Notes under the pieces: model-generated
Told to the model about the DNA's origin: nothing
Databases searched by the model: none
What the model saw: only the letters and a program-made list of their open reading frames with translations
Program-made: the position numbers and the translations under genes
Shown here: one piece after another, positions 49,614 through 60,689 of the stretch
Layout: each line of letters opens with the position of its first letter
Numbering within the stretch: the stretch's first letter is position 1
Origin: Nitrosopumilaceae archaeon
GTDB taxonomy: Archaea; Thermoproteota; Nitrososphaeria; Nitrososphaerales; Nitrosopumilaceae
DNA: 64,000 bases
Direction: 5' to 3'
NCBI GenBank assembly: GCA_965208905.1
Contig: OZ242365.1
Coordinates: 96,001-160,000, forward strand

Positions 49614-52600
49614 TGAAGTATGGCGACTTGAAGCCGGACATGCTGATAGACGGTCCGTATTGGGACAGGCCGGTTACACTGGAACAGTTCGAGAGTGCTG
49701 GACAGCACACCAAACTAACCATACGACGTTACAATGGCACTACGAGCACTATACGTGTGAAACTTGAAGATATAGACATTCATCACACACAGTACGGCAC
49801 GCCATGGCGTACAAGGGCGGCGGTTGACATGCTGCGCCACAAACATGCAAAGGGTGGTGGGGCCGACATGGGTGGGATGGACCCCCTTCCGCACCAGATA
49901 CAGTCAATACGCCGCATAACCAGCCAGTACGATAACATAAGGTTCCTGCTGGCAGATGAGCCCGGGGCCGGCAAGACCGCAGTCGCGTCCAGCATAATAC
50001 GCGAGATGAAACTACAGGGACGTGCGGACCGCACACTGATAGTTACACCCGCACACCTCAAATACCAGTGGAGGGCTGAGTTGAAGCGATTCACCGGCCT
50101 GAAGGGATACATAGTTGAGGGAGGCAGTATAGACCAGTCCAACCCGTGGCCGACAGACGAGCACGACATACTCATAACATCCATTGATTACGCCAGGGGT
50201 GAGAAGAACCTTCAGGTATTGGCGCGCATGGAGTTTGATCTGGTGGTTGTGGATGAGGCCCACCACATGAACTCGTCCGGCAAGAACGTAAGTAAACGGT
50301 ACAGGGTGGGCGAGGCACTCTCAAACATATCGAAACACATGCTGTTCCTGACCGCGACACCGCACCGCGGCAAGCCTGAAAACTTCCAGCGCCTCCTGAA
50401 ACTACTAAATCCGGAACTGTTCCCTGACGGCCTTTCATCCGAGGAGGTGGCTGTCCGCAAGGGGCCGATGTTCCTGCGCCACCTCAAAACGGAGATGACG
50501 GACATGGATGGCAGGCCAATATTTCCCAAACGCAGTGTAAGATCCCTCAAATACGAGATGTCCATACCGGAGAGCGACATGTATAAAATGGTGAGCAACT
50601 ATGTGCGCAAACAGCATCAGAGATTAGTAGAACAGGATGAGCGACAACTCGCACCATTCCTAATACTACTGATACAGAAACGCATGGCATCCAGCACGTA
50701 CGCGCTGCAAAAGACGTTGGAGCGACGCAGGGACAAACTCAAGGACTATCTGGAGAGGGACATATTCCCAAGACCCAATCTGGAGTACGAAGAAGTGGAC
50801 GATGAGTATGATGAGGATGACCCCGAGCATGAGCGGCGGGACGACGAGTTGAGCGGCATAAGCGCGTCGCGCACGCCAGAAGAGCTGAAGGTAGAGATTG
50901 CCGAACTGGACAGCTTGGTTGAGGCAGCAGACCAGGCGGCCAGCACAAAGCCGGACAGGAAGCTTGAAAAGCTGCTCGACATAGTAAAGAGTCTCGGTGA
51001 CGGCAAACTGCTGGTATTCAGTGAGTACATGGACACCATACAGTATCTGGAGAAGCATATTGGTGAGCGGGTATGCCGTATAGACGGCAAGATGAAGCAA
51101 CAGCAACGAGATGCTGCTGTGCAGGAGTTCCGTGATACATACCGCATAATGCTGGCAACAGATGCCGCGCGAGAGGGAATGAACATGCAGTTCTGTAATA
51201 CAATGGTGAACTATGATTTGCCCTGGAGTCCAATTGTACTGGAGCAGCGCATGGGTCGTCTGCACAGATACGGCCAGGAGAAGGATGTTACAATACACAA
51301 CATGATAGCAGACAACACAATAGAGGGGGACGTATTGGAGAGGCTGGATGCCAAAATCAAAGAGATAGAGAAGCAATACGAGGCAGTAGACGTCATAGGA
51401 ACAATACTGTCGGAGGTCAACATAAAGGACATAATGGTGGAATCGATTACGGGGCGCGTCTCCGATGGCGTCAGTAAGCGGATGCGGTATGTCGGGGAGA
51501 AGATGCGGCGGGAGCAGGAGATGTTGGAGCGCACACCGGTGGATCTGGAAGCGGCTCTCAGGGCAAAGGGTGAGATTGCTGCAAAACATGTTGATGGTAA
51601 ACATCTTGTATACATGATGCAGAACATATTCAGTGGATTGGGCGGGAGCGTCAAGTCAACCAACACAAAGACCACGATACAGGTACCATCAGAGTTGCGC
51701 AGTGGGCCGTTTAGGCGCAAGCGGGAGTCGTTTGACATACCCGTGCAGGAGGCTCTGTCAAGGGGCACCAAACTGTACAAGCACATAGAATCCTGGGTCA
51801 TGGACAACTGCAGGGCCGACCTGCAGGGAGGGTCGGTGTTTGCAGGCAACTATGAAGGCCACATAGTGTTCCATATAACCAAATTGAAGGACAGTTCGGG
51901 TAAGACTGCTGAAGTTTTGGTGCAGGCCCACCGCGTCGGCGCGGACGGTGTTGTGCAGTCCGTGCATCCGGATATATTGAGCGAGTTGGACGATATGGGT
52001 GGAGACCCCGGAGCCAGGCCGGAGGTTGGCAGTGCAACGGACAGGGCGTTTGAGGATGCCCAGGCTAGGTCAAGGCAGCTGAACGAGGAAGCGAGAGAGT
52101 ACTGGAGGCATCGGAGTGAGACGATGAACATAGGCGGGGGTTTGGAGTCGCTACGGATGGAGTTGGGCGATCTCATGCCCGGGACGCCAGAGTGGAAGGC
52201 GATAGATGAAAAGATAAAGAACTTGGAGTCGTGGGAGGGTAACATGCAGAGGAGCGCCAGCACAGACAAGCTGCACGTGGAGGAGCCTGTATTGGTGGGC
52301 TGGGTCAGGGTAGTGCGGCGCAAGGATACACAGGATACAGAGATACGCGGCATGAACCGCAGTATGGAGATAGAACGCAAAGAGGGTTTCATACCCGAGG
52401 ATGTCTCGAATAAACGCGGCCTTGGATACGATATACTATCAAAACATCCAGATGGCCGGGAGCGTCATATAGAGGTGAAGGCGCGGTGTTCATTCACACC
52501 AGTACAACTCACCCCCAATGAGGAGAATGCACGTCTTAAAGACCCGAACTACAAACTACACGTGCACGTAATTGATGGTGATACACATTATACAACCATC

Positions 52601-52705
52601 TTAGACGATCCATCTAAACTGATTACAAAGAAAAATCTTTCATATGATGCTCCAATTTCTGAGCTTAACCGTCTTGGTGTAAAGTATGAGTATTCTGAAG
52701 AGTAA
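49613..52705 (+). CDS. SNF2-family helicase with C-terminal DUF3883-like nuclease domain
   Basis: LADEPGAGKT, DEAH, TATP, EQRMGRLHRYGQ; C-terminal GYDI..IEVK..LTPNE. Confidence 0.9.
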   Translation: MKYGDLKPDMLIDGPYWDRPVTLEQFESAGQHTKLTIRRYNGTTSTIRVKLEDIDIHHTQYGTPWRTRAAVDMLRHKHAKGGGADMGGMDPLPHQIQSIRRITSQYDNIRFLLADEPGAGKTAVASSIIREMKLQGRADRTLIVTPAHLKYQWRAELKRFTGLKGYIVEGGSIDQSNPWPTDEHDILITSIDYARGEKNLQVLARMEFDLVVVDEAHHMNSSGKNVSKRYRVGEALSNISKHMLFLTATPHRGKPENFQRLLKLLNPELFPDGLSSEEVAVRKGPMFLRHLKTEMTDMDGRPIFPKRSVRSLKYEMSIPESDMYKMVSNYVRKQHQRLVEQDERQLAPFLILLIQKRMASSTYALQKTLERRRDKLKDYLERDIFPRPNLEYEEVDDEYDEDDPEHERRDDELSGISASRTPEELKVEIAELDSLVEAADQAASTKPDRKLEKLLDIVKSLGDGKLLVFSEYMDTIQYLEKHIGERVCRIDGKMKQQQRDAAVQEFRDTYRIMLATDAAREGMNMQFCNTMVNYDLPWSPIVLEQRMGRLHRYGQEKDVTIHNMIADNTIEGDVLERLDAKIKEIEKQYEAVDVIGTILSEVNIKDIMVESITGRVSDGVSKRMRYVGEKMRREQEMLERTPVDLEAALRAKGEIAAKHVDGKHLVYMMQNIFSGLGGSVKSTNTKTTIQVPSELRSGPFRRKRESFDIPVQEALSRGTKLYKHIESWVMDNCRADLQGGSVFAGNYEGHIVFHITKLKDSSGKTAEVLVQAHRVGADGVVQSVHPDILSELDDMGGDPGARPEVGSATDRAFEDAQARSRQLNEEAREYWRHRSETMNIGGGLESLRMELGDLMPGTPEWKAIDEKIKNLESWEGNMQRSASTDKLHVEEPVLVGWVRVVRRKDTQDTEIRGMNRSMEIERKEGFIPEDVSNKRGLGYDILSKHPDGRERHIEVKARCSFTPVQLTPNEENARLKDPNYKLHVHVIDGDTHYTTILDDPSKLITKKNLSYDAPISELNRLGVKYEYSEE

Positions 52706-52764
52706 TAGTTTGGAGATGGCTATCTATGTCCATTAACTTCTGGATTACTACCTCATAACAGCAC

Positions 52765-54636
52765 TTAATTTTGGTCACACGGATACATCCTGTCCAACCA
52801 ATCTGATTTCTTGGACCAATCACCTTCCATAATCTTGTATGGCTTTCCCAATATTTTGGCAAGTCTCCCTGCTGTTTCTTTGTACTTGAACGATGGTTTG
52901 TAGTAAACAAATGTACCACAATCATATACCTGAAGCATACATACATGATCTGGGAGTAGTTCATCTGATGTCAGATACTTGAGTGCCGTTTGATCCGCCT
53001 TCTGAATCAAAAAGTTTTGTCCCTGTTTAGGTAGTTTGTCTATCTTTTTTTTGGGCTTTTTATTCTCTATTTCCCAATCAAAATTGTAAGGACGACGATT
53101 AACGCCGGTATCAAACAGGTATCTTATGCGATGCCCCATACCAGTCATACCATGCCAAGCCTGAATGTTGATTATATCATCCGAATTGTCCTTGTCAAGG
53201 AGTTTAATATCAATAGCAATATATCTCTCATCCACCTTATCGGACTCTGCGGCTTCAACTGTGAAGGTACCATCCTCATAAAAGAGCCTGACAAGTTCTG
53301 TGTGCCAAACATGACCATCATGTCGCCGCTGGCCATCTGTTACATCATCAAAATTCTCTATGAGTTTTTTCATGTATGGTATATCCCTATGTGCGTCCAA
53401 CCATTCTCGTAATTTATCCCTGTATGCCTTTTCATCAGGGGTTTCGTCGTATTCAATACCAAAATATTTACATCTCTCAACCCAGAACACTTTGGCAATA
53501 CATGAATGTAGACAAGATTCATACTCAGCAAGTAGCGCCAAGGCATTTCTGTTATTGGTGGTTTCCCTAGCCTTCTCAATTTCCGTAATTCTGTCCTTAC
53601 ATTTCTTGCTATATGACATGTTAATTAGACCGTTGGTCGGGTCTGCATCCAGATTTAGGAGTAGATGTAATGCTACATCCGCCTTGTCTTTTGCCTCACA
53701 GACAGACATCCACTTGATCATCGTATCCAGTTCACTAGGCAATATGGAGGCGATCATGTTGGATCTTTTCTGTATGTCTTTGTTCACCCACGCTTGGATT
53801 GTACTTAGTGCCTCATCATTATTCAACACTCCACTTTGTTTACGCAATAATGACCACACCTGTAATCGATGATCTTCCATATGACGCAGAATTGCATTCC
53901 ATGTTGCCTTTGTGTTGAGTTCCAACATGTTAGTTAGTATGTGTGACCACTCAGAACCATGTGTTATATGTTTACGCGTTTGTTCAATGGCCCGTGTGAT
54001 GGATTTGGAGATTATTTTAGTGTCAGCCGGATTTTCCTTCATATATCTGACCAATAACTCTTTCCACTCCCAGAATGACCCTTGTACATATCTTGTGACT
54101 GGATATGCAAGAAGTACGTCACGTATGAATCGCGGCAGGGGCGTGTTGGACTTGTAATAATAAGAGAAGCACATCTTTTGCGCATTGCTTTGAGATACAT
54201 CATCACATTTGAGTAAGACTCCGATTAATTTTTCCAGTGATTCTACTGACAAATCCTTGATACGTACACTGTTACTCCCAAACCATCTGAAGGCATAAAT
54301 TGTTTGACCTTTCGTAACAGCATCACATATCCTGTTAATTGCAACATCACTGTCATTTGAGAAAATACCTTCAATATACCCGTCTTGGAAGTTGTGTGTA
54401 GTTGTACTATCTTGTACTTTTAGTATGTCGAATAATAGAGTAGCATCTATATCGGCTTGGCCCACCAAACATCCGAACTGCCCGACGCGCTCGCTATTAT
54501 GAGTGGACAATTTTTGTAGATGTGTAGAATCTAACGGTAATTGTGCCAAGTGCTTGAGTTTGCCAATCTCATCATCTGTCGCCATGGCATCAGGCACATA
54601 GACATATTGTTGCATTTCTGCTTGGTAGTCTGCCAT
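52765..54636 (-). CDS. Hypothetical 623-aa protein
   Basis: Long uninterrupted ORF; no family recognised. Confidence 0.7.
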   Translation of the reverse strand: MADYQAEMQQYVYVPDAMATDDEIGKLKHLAQLPLDSTHLQKLSTHNSERVGQFGCLVGQADIDATLLFDILKVQDSTTTHNFQDGYIEGIFSNDSDVAINRICDAVTKGQTIYAFRWFGSNSVRIKDLSVESLEKLIGVLLKCDDVSQSNAQKMCFSYYYKSNTPLPRFIRDVLLAYPVTRYVQGSFWEWKELLVRYMKENPADTKIISKSITRAIEQTRKHITHGSEWSHILTNMLELNTKATWNAILRHMEDHRLQVWSLLRKQSGVLNNDEALSTIQAWVNKDIQKRSNMIASILPSELDTMIKWMSVCEAKDKADVALHLLLNLDADPTNGLINMSYSKKCKDRITEIEKARETTNNRNALALLAEYESCLHSCIAKVFWVERCKYFGIEYDETPDEKAYRDKLREWLDAHRDIPYMKKLIENFDDVTDGQRRHDGHVWHTELVRLFYEDGTFTVEAAESDKVDERYIAIDIKLLDKDNSDDIINIQAWHGMTGMGHRIRYLFDTGVNRRPYNFDWEIENKKPKKKIDKLPKQGQNFLIQKADQTALKYLTSDELLPDHVCMLQVYDCGTFVYYKPSFKYKETAGRLAKILGKPYKIMEGDWSKKSDWLDRMYPCDQN

Positions 54637-54846
54637 ACGAAGACATTATGCATATCATGTAAAAGCATTACAGTGAGTGGTTCCTCCCCCCCCCCCCCCA
54701 AAATATCACCAGTGTCAGTATGACCCGCGCTTCCACGAAGCATGGGTACGGTGGCCACCATTCCACTTCAGGTCAGGTAGACGGGCGGTGGCTGCGCGGT
54801 GGACAAACAATCAAGATATTTATTGCTCCGCCCGGTTCATCACGCC

Positions 54847-55914
54847 ATGAAGACTGCCCTGTTTCTTGGAGCCGGGGCCTCGGCGTTCATACAATATCCT
54901 ACCGCCAGGGGGTTGATGGAACGCCTACGGAACCGAGTACAGGACGGTGAATCTGGAGGTATTGGCGAAGTCACCAAATACACCATTGAGGGCTATGATG
55001 ACATTGAGAAGTTGTACGACGGAATAGACCGTCTGTTGAGTATGCGTTATAGTGCATACCCTGACAGCTCTAACATCGGACCGATCATCCGCACATTGTA
55101 TGACAGGAACAACTCGTTCAAGGCGACACTGGATGAATTGAAAAATTTGAAGTCAGTCATCAACGACATACTCCTTGAATCGTTCAAATTCAATACCAGT
55201 AACATCGAATCAGTCGTGCGAATGTATGACATGGTAAGGCAAGTCATCAAAGACGATGAGTCAGACGGACTTCAGATATTCACTACCAACTACGACATGG
55301 TGATTGAGAAATACGCGAGGGAGATTGGCCTCGAACCTGTCAATGGCTTCCAGTATCGCAAGAGCACGGACAATGTCTGGGTCGGCAGGTGGGAGACTAC
55401 GACTCACCGTAAACCACTCTACTTGACTAAACTGCACGGCTCGGTGAGCTGGTACGAGGATGATAAAAAGATCTGGGAGACGGATGATGTCAAACAAAGA
55501 CCTGCAAACCGTAGCGTCATGATTGCTCCTACCGAGGGGCCAAAGGACTACAGTAGGACGCCGTTTCCGGAACTACTGAAGCATTTTGAGGATGAGATTG
55601 TCAAGGTTGATGTATTGCTGGTGATTGGATTCTCGTACAGGGATAAACATATTGTAGATATAATCAAAAATAATCTGGACAGGGGGATGAAGATGATCAC
55701 CGTCTCACCGACATCCATGGACGATATAAAACTCGTGGACACAGATGTCCCTAAACCTATACTGACTTTTACAGGAAGCTCATTTTCCGCGATAGATTAC
55801 AGAATAGTCCTGATCAACGAGGAGTTCAAGTTGGAGACGATTGATCGTATGGTTATGTCGTTGAATGATGGCCTCTATTATGCTTCCCATAGTCCTAAAG
55901 ACAATTCAGCGTAA
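54847..55914 (+). CDS. SIR2-like (SIR2_2) domain protein, putative NADase effector
   Basis: LFLGAGAS, FTTNYD, KLHGS, IGFSYRD. Confidence 0.88.
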   Translation: MKTALFLGAGASAFIQYPTARGLMERLRNRVQDGESGGIGEVTKYTIEGYDDIEKLYDGIDRLLSMRYSAYPDSSNIGPIIRTLYDRNNSFKATLDELKNLKSVINDILLESFKFNTSNIESVVRMYDMVRQVIKDDESDGLQIFTTNYDMVIEKYAREIGLEPVNGFQYRKSTDNVWVGRWETTTHRKPLYLTKLHGSVSWYEDDKKIWETDDVKQRPANRSVMIAPTEGPKDYSRTPFPELLKHFEDEIVKVDVLLVIGFSYRDKHIVDIIKNNLDRGMKMITVSPTSMDDIKLVDTDVPKPILTFTGSSFSAIDYRIVLINEEFKLETIDRMVMSLNDGLYYASHSPKDNSA

Positions 55915-56630
55915 TGACTATACATCATACGCGGAGATGTCCAATCATCGACGTATCTGGGAACCCGACGGCAGTCGTATGTGGAGTGGAAATGATGGTC
56001 AATTAAGGCACAGGCGTAACTTTACAATAGGTGCCGTTAATGCAATAGTCTAGGAAATATGGTCTGGAGTGGAAGCGTAGGTTACACCGATGTTGGACGT
56101 CATCACATGGGACAATTCATTCAAAGGCGAGCATAATTACATAACTTGGCATATCCAAACCACCTATGTAATCTCCCCACCATACACGAGTGGGCGAATA
56201 CCTTTTTGATGTGTGAAACTACTTATCAAAGGGCATCACTCTTATTCCAAATGTTGGAGTTGGCGGTTTGATCAAGATAACCCACGATTTTGTGGCTAAA
56301 GTCCGGACGGCGCGGAGTATCACCTTGTGATATCATGCATGGCCTACAAAGTGCGAGACCTGTACATACCCAACCCCTCTACTTTGTCGGGCATAAATCA
56401 ACTGAACGATGTTGTTACTCACGCCTAAAATTACAGTAGTGAAAGTATGTACAGGCATCGCCCTGTGGTGTGATACATAACGCCTATCACAAACTCCATA
56501 AGGTACGGCCAGACGCTCACCGTACAGTCTTACCATATTGTGTGGTGGTGTGATGGTCTGCAACAAGCGCACATTTCCATCCACTGTAGTCATCCTATTA
56601 TTTTTATAACTTGAAGATGATATTGCTACA

Positions 56631-57560
56631 ATGAAACTACCCAAACTCGGCGATTTCCAACCTCACATAGACTACCTCAAAGACGGCTTTGCTTGTGATT
56701 TTTTTGTATTGGAGAGAATGTTTGACTCAATATATCAGGAAATATGTCTGCTTCACATATACCATCCGCCAACCGATGCTGCCCCACAGATGGAAAAAAT
56801 ATTCAATGAATTGAAAGGTATCGGCTTTAAGGAGTTGGTGAGAAACGAAGGAAAGTTTACTGTGCCGAGCAAAAACATAGACATTGTTCTGATTGGCTAC
56901 CATCACGGCAATGACATGGAGTATGTCAATGAGCTACTATCAACATTTGAAAGGAATTATGGAGTACTCAGACCTGACATATTGATATATCCTCTAGATG
57001 AGGAGGAACCCCGGATTACAGAGTTTAACCGACTTGAGGTTATGTATTGCCCGCATTATGAGTTTACCAAGCATGCACTACACATGATTATATCACATTT
57101 ATGGAATCGTCGGAACTTCATATATGAGCGCGGATTTTATGTGCTGCTTGATCGACTATTAAATGAAAGTCTGCTACTGGCCTTGGGTATTGGTAAAAAA
57201 GAAGATACAATCACACTGGGCCAGAAAATAGGGAAATTAAGAGGTGTGTTGAAGGGGCATTTGCCGAATAGTGATGCTGAGTTTGTACTAAAGTTTTTGA
57301 ACTTTTTGGTTGAGGTTAGAAATTACGGCATACATGGTAATGAAGAAGCGTGGAAGAAAAGAAAAGAGTCATATGACAAAGTCAGACCGGATTTAGTACA
57401 ACGTGGCTGGATAATTCCAAGTAATAGTAAGTTAGCAAGTATGGATGAGAAAACAACAAAAGAACAGAATGGACACAGTCTACTAAAGATTCTTACTGTC
57501 TCAACGTATATCATCAAGGACTGGGTGAACGAGTACGCGAAACTTAGCGGCCAGACATGA
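56631..57560 (+). CDS. Hypothetical protein with C-terminal HEPN-like motif
   Basis: TLGQKI...VRNYGIHG (RxxxxH) in a helical region. Confidence 0.6.
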   Translation: MKLPKLGDFQPHIDYLKDGFACDFFVLERMFDSIYQEICLLHIYHPPTDAAPQMEKIFNELKGIGFKELVRNEGKFTVPSKNIDIVLIGYHHGNDMEYVNELLSTFERNYGVLRPDILIYPLDEEEPRITEFNRLEVMYCPHYEFTKHALHMIISHLWNRRNFIYERGFYVLLDRLLNESLLLALGIGKKEDTITLGQKIGKLRGVLKGHLPNSDAEFVLKFLNFLVEVRNYGIHGNEEAWKKRKESYDKVRPDLVQRGWIIPSNSKLASMDEKTTKEQNGHSLLKILTVSTYIIKDWVNEYAKLSGQT

Positions 57561-57573
57561 TCACTGCCGAAGT

Positions 57574-58279
57574 CTAACCTATCGCCAATCTGTACCAAAC
57601 ATTAGAGGACTGGAAACGTAACAGTGGTGCATAAAAAGTGTAGTACCGGCCACAATCATATGATGTTTTATCAGAATCAGGGCATGTCCGACGGGGTTTT
57701 TTGCTCTCCTGACCGGTCCGACATCTCATAATCATCTGATATGCCGCCTGTATCAACACTCTGCCCCAACAGTGATGTATAATTCAGTAATATCGCCTAC
57801 TGACTCATCTGTAATGGATATGGCGACTATCTTCATGGTCTGCGTGTCAACCATCGCGTGCATCTTTACAAAACCACGTTTTACCTTCCACTTTTTGCTC
57901 ATCCACCTCCCCTATTGTGTTGCTTTAGCCCTGTTGTATCGACTGCCAGTATACGAGAATATTTTTTGTTTGACACTGTTATCGTTTCATTCTGATTTAT
58001 ATTCACATGTATCATGCCTATCCGCTTGCGTATATGGCTAAAGGAAGGTGTGTTGGATTCTCCAATCATCTTTCCGATTATGCCCTCAAGCTGCCTGTAC
58101 CGGACTCCAATACCGACCCTGAGGGCAGCGGTCAGCATAATCAATGTCTCCGAATATTGGTACGGGGCACCCACCTTTCCCCTGTTGGCATGGTCGACTT
58201 CATACTTCCACTCAGGGTTATACTGTACGACATGTCTGCCCCACGCTTGACGTAGTGTATGGTTGTCGGTTTTTACCAT
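57574..58279 (-). pseudogene. IS5-family transposase, disrupted
   Basis: GKVGAPYQY, YRQLEG, AVDTTGLK, GFVKMH, DKTSYD; fragmented reading frames. Confidence 0.75.
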
Positions 58280-58406
58280 AAAATAGATGGTTTAATGATG
58301 GGAGCTATATGTGTTTTGATCAATGTGGCGGTATTCAGGAATAGTTACGATACAAAGTTGTATAGAAGTAATACCTATAAAATATGATATATATGTACAT
58401 ATACTG

Positions 58407-58919
58407 ATGTCGACAGAAGATACCTTTGAGTTCTCCACATCGGATAGGGCGCTCATGGTTATCAGTGATGCCACCCTATATGGTACTACACGTCTTCAAA
58501 AGTACGGATTTCTACTTACCCAACAATACAAGAAAGAGATGAATGTTATTGCAGAAGCCGAACCGAAATTGAAGTTTTATGACGATTGGGAGCCACTCTG
58601 GTTCGGACCATTCAGTAAGAGTTTGGCCGATGACATTGACATCTGTATGGACAACAGTCTCATATATAGGGAGGCTGTCAAACTGTCTCAGGACTCATTC
58701 AGGTATGGCTTGACACTTAAGGGGCGTGTGCGGTGGCGGGTCATGCTACGTAAATTCAACAACGAGATGACTGCCATCCACAAGAAGGTGATGAACCTAC
58801 AAAAAATGCGTTTGGGAAGGCTGTTGGAGAACATATACAGCGCGTACCCTGAGTATACTGTGAATAGTACTATACTGAAAAAGATTCAAGATTCTGAGCG
58901 AAAAGTGTTCCGTATGTGA
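58407..58919 (+). CDS. SocA/Panacea (DUF4065/YwgA)-like antitoxin-domain protein
   Basis: GTTRLQKYGFL...FGPFSKSL pattern. Confidence 0.6.
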   Translation: MSTEDTFEFSTSDRALMVISDATLYGTTRLQKYGFLLTQQYKKEMNVIAEAEPKLKFYDDWEPLWFGPFSKSLADDIDICMDNSLIYREAVKLSQDSFRYGLTLKGRVRWRVMLRKFNNEMTAIHKKVMNLQKMRLGRLLENIYSAYPEYTVNSTILKKIQDSERKVFRM

Positions 58920-59860
58920 TATTGGAGAGGTATTATTGCGCACAAGAAGCATGCAAAGGAAATTACTGCGGACACACGCAAGTCCGGACTATACTCAAGA
59001 GCTGTTGCAAACCCTATAATGCATATCATAACCATGCAAATACCGTCAATAATTATACCATTCCTATTGGCCTCTATTTTTCCTCTAATGTTGCCCAGCT
59101 CCATGTATGTATTAGATAATGAACCACTTCCTTTTTCATGAGCATTGTTAGCAGAATCGCCTGTAGATTGTCCACTGTTACCATGAGCGGTCTGAGCAGA
59201 ATGGTCTGTGTCATCCCACTTCACATCTATTGTCCTATTGCGCGTCCTATATTCCTCATCAACATATAGCAGACGCAGTACGGTACCCCCGGCAACTATG
59301 ACCATTAATCCAGAGATAATCGCGAACACTCCGATACTCGCCCCCATACCAATTACATCTCCTGACTGGCTCTCCCCATTCGTAGTGGCAGGAATGATTT
59401 GGATGAATCCTAACACTAATGCGAATCCCAACAGTATCAAGATCATCAAAACGGCTAACCATCTGATCGTTGAAATCCAACTTGGTTTATTCCAGCCCAA
59501 CATATATGTGGGTGCTGGTAATAGTAACACTGACATCCATCCCGCGGACGGCATATCATGTACATAGTTCAATGCTACCAAAACAGTGAGTGCTGTAATA
59601 CAAACCAAACTAACAATTATCACATACTTTGTACTAGAGATTTTCTCACCTAGTTCACTTATTCTCCAAGAAGATAGTTTAAGGAAAATCGAATATTCTT
59701 CTTTAAATGTTTCTTTATACTTAGTGTTCTTTATCCAGTTGTCGTGTATAGTGTCCAAAATACCAGCCCACTCTTGTCTCTCTTTGGAGTATTGTGTATG
59801 AAGTATACAACGCGCAGTCAATAACCAGATCAATATGCCAATGACTATGATATCAATCAT
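58886..59860 (-). CDS. Multi-pass membrane protein
   Basis: About 6-7 hydrophobic segments; 3' end overlaps the convergent gene. Confidence 0.7.
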   Translation of the reverse strand: MIDIIVIGILIWLLTARCILHTQYSKERQEWAGILDTIHDNWIKNTKYKETFKEEYSIFLKLSSWRISELGEKISSTKYVIIVSLVCITALTVLVALNYVHDMPSAGWMSVLLLPAPTYMLGWNKPSWISTIRWLAVLMILILLGFALVLGFIQIIPATTNGESQSGDVIGMGASIGVFAIISGLMVIVAGGTVLRLLYVDEEYRTRNRTIDVKWDDTDHSAQTAHGNSGQSTGDSANNAHEKGSGSLSNTYMELGNIRGKIEANRNGIIIDGICMVMICIIGFATALEYSPDLRVSAVISFACFLCAIIPLQYHIRNTFRSES

Positions 59861-60689
59861 CCCATAGCCTCCAAACGATCATGGTTTAAACCCCACAAAC
59901 TCTATCCAGTCTTTGACATACTCAACATACCACTGGTTTACCATAATGTATACATGAATTATATGACATAAAATATTATCTCAAGCTGTGTAAATATATA
60001 TAGATACTCAACCACTATTACACCTACACTCACGTTTGCGCTGAACTGTCTCAAATATGGAGTGTGTCTCGAAGTGGTGCGCGAACTCGGCCCGGCATAT
60101 GTTTCCATGAGACTGACCGAAATCACCTTGCTGAGGCCCCGTGTTAGAGAAAATATAATGAAATGGTGGAATAGATGATTGAGAGTAAGAATGTATCTTC
60201 GTAGATATAGATGTGATCGAGTATTGTGCACATTAGACAACTATCTCTAAAATTTTTGTCGGCGGTCCACCTATCCGCTAAAACCTCAGCCTGCTCCAAG
60301 ACGGTCCGCGTGGTTCTCTTCTTCCTGTCCTATAGCAAGGACTTGTGGGATTGGCTATGTGTTCAAGCGCGTCTTGAAGGTATCCGAGATAGCCTACATC
60401 GTGTCGATGAACTCTGGTAAGGGTTGTTATGATATCAGTTCCCAGGTATAGCGGCGTGTATAAGTTTCTGCGCACTGGTTTTCAAATACATGACGGTTTT
60501 GTCATTGTGGCAGCTTGTTTCTGCCATACATGTTTGGCGCCGTACCAGGCGCTACATGCGTAGCATGTCCCGCTATATGAGAAGAATTATGACACAGAAC
60601 TCTGCACTATATCTACTTACATAGTCCTAAATAGTATCAACACTAGCTCAACATTATTGATAAACTACGTCACCCGAACTATATAAGGA

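Noticed and set aside
50666-52392. Long antisense ORFs opposite the SNF2 helicase (and similar shadows over rpoB, rpoA and tnpB)
   Set aside because: Shadow ORFs of well-supported genes, with no recognisable motifs.
28627-55914. Functional link between the NadE fusion and the SIR2 NADase
   Set aside because: They are 25 kb apart in different islands; nothing in the sequence supports coupling.
55915-56630. Possible gene between the SIR2 and HEPN-like genes
   Set aside because: Only short interrupted frames with no recognisable motif; probably eroded sequence.
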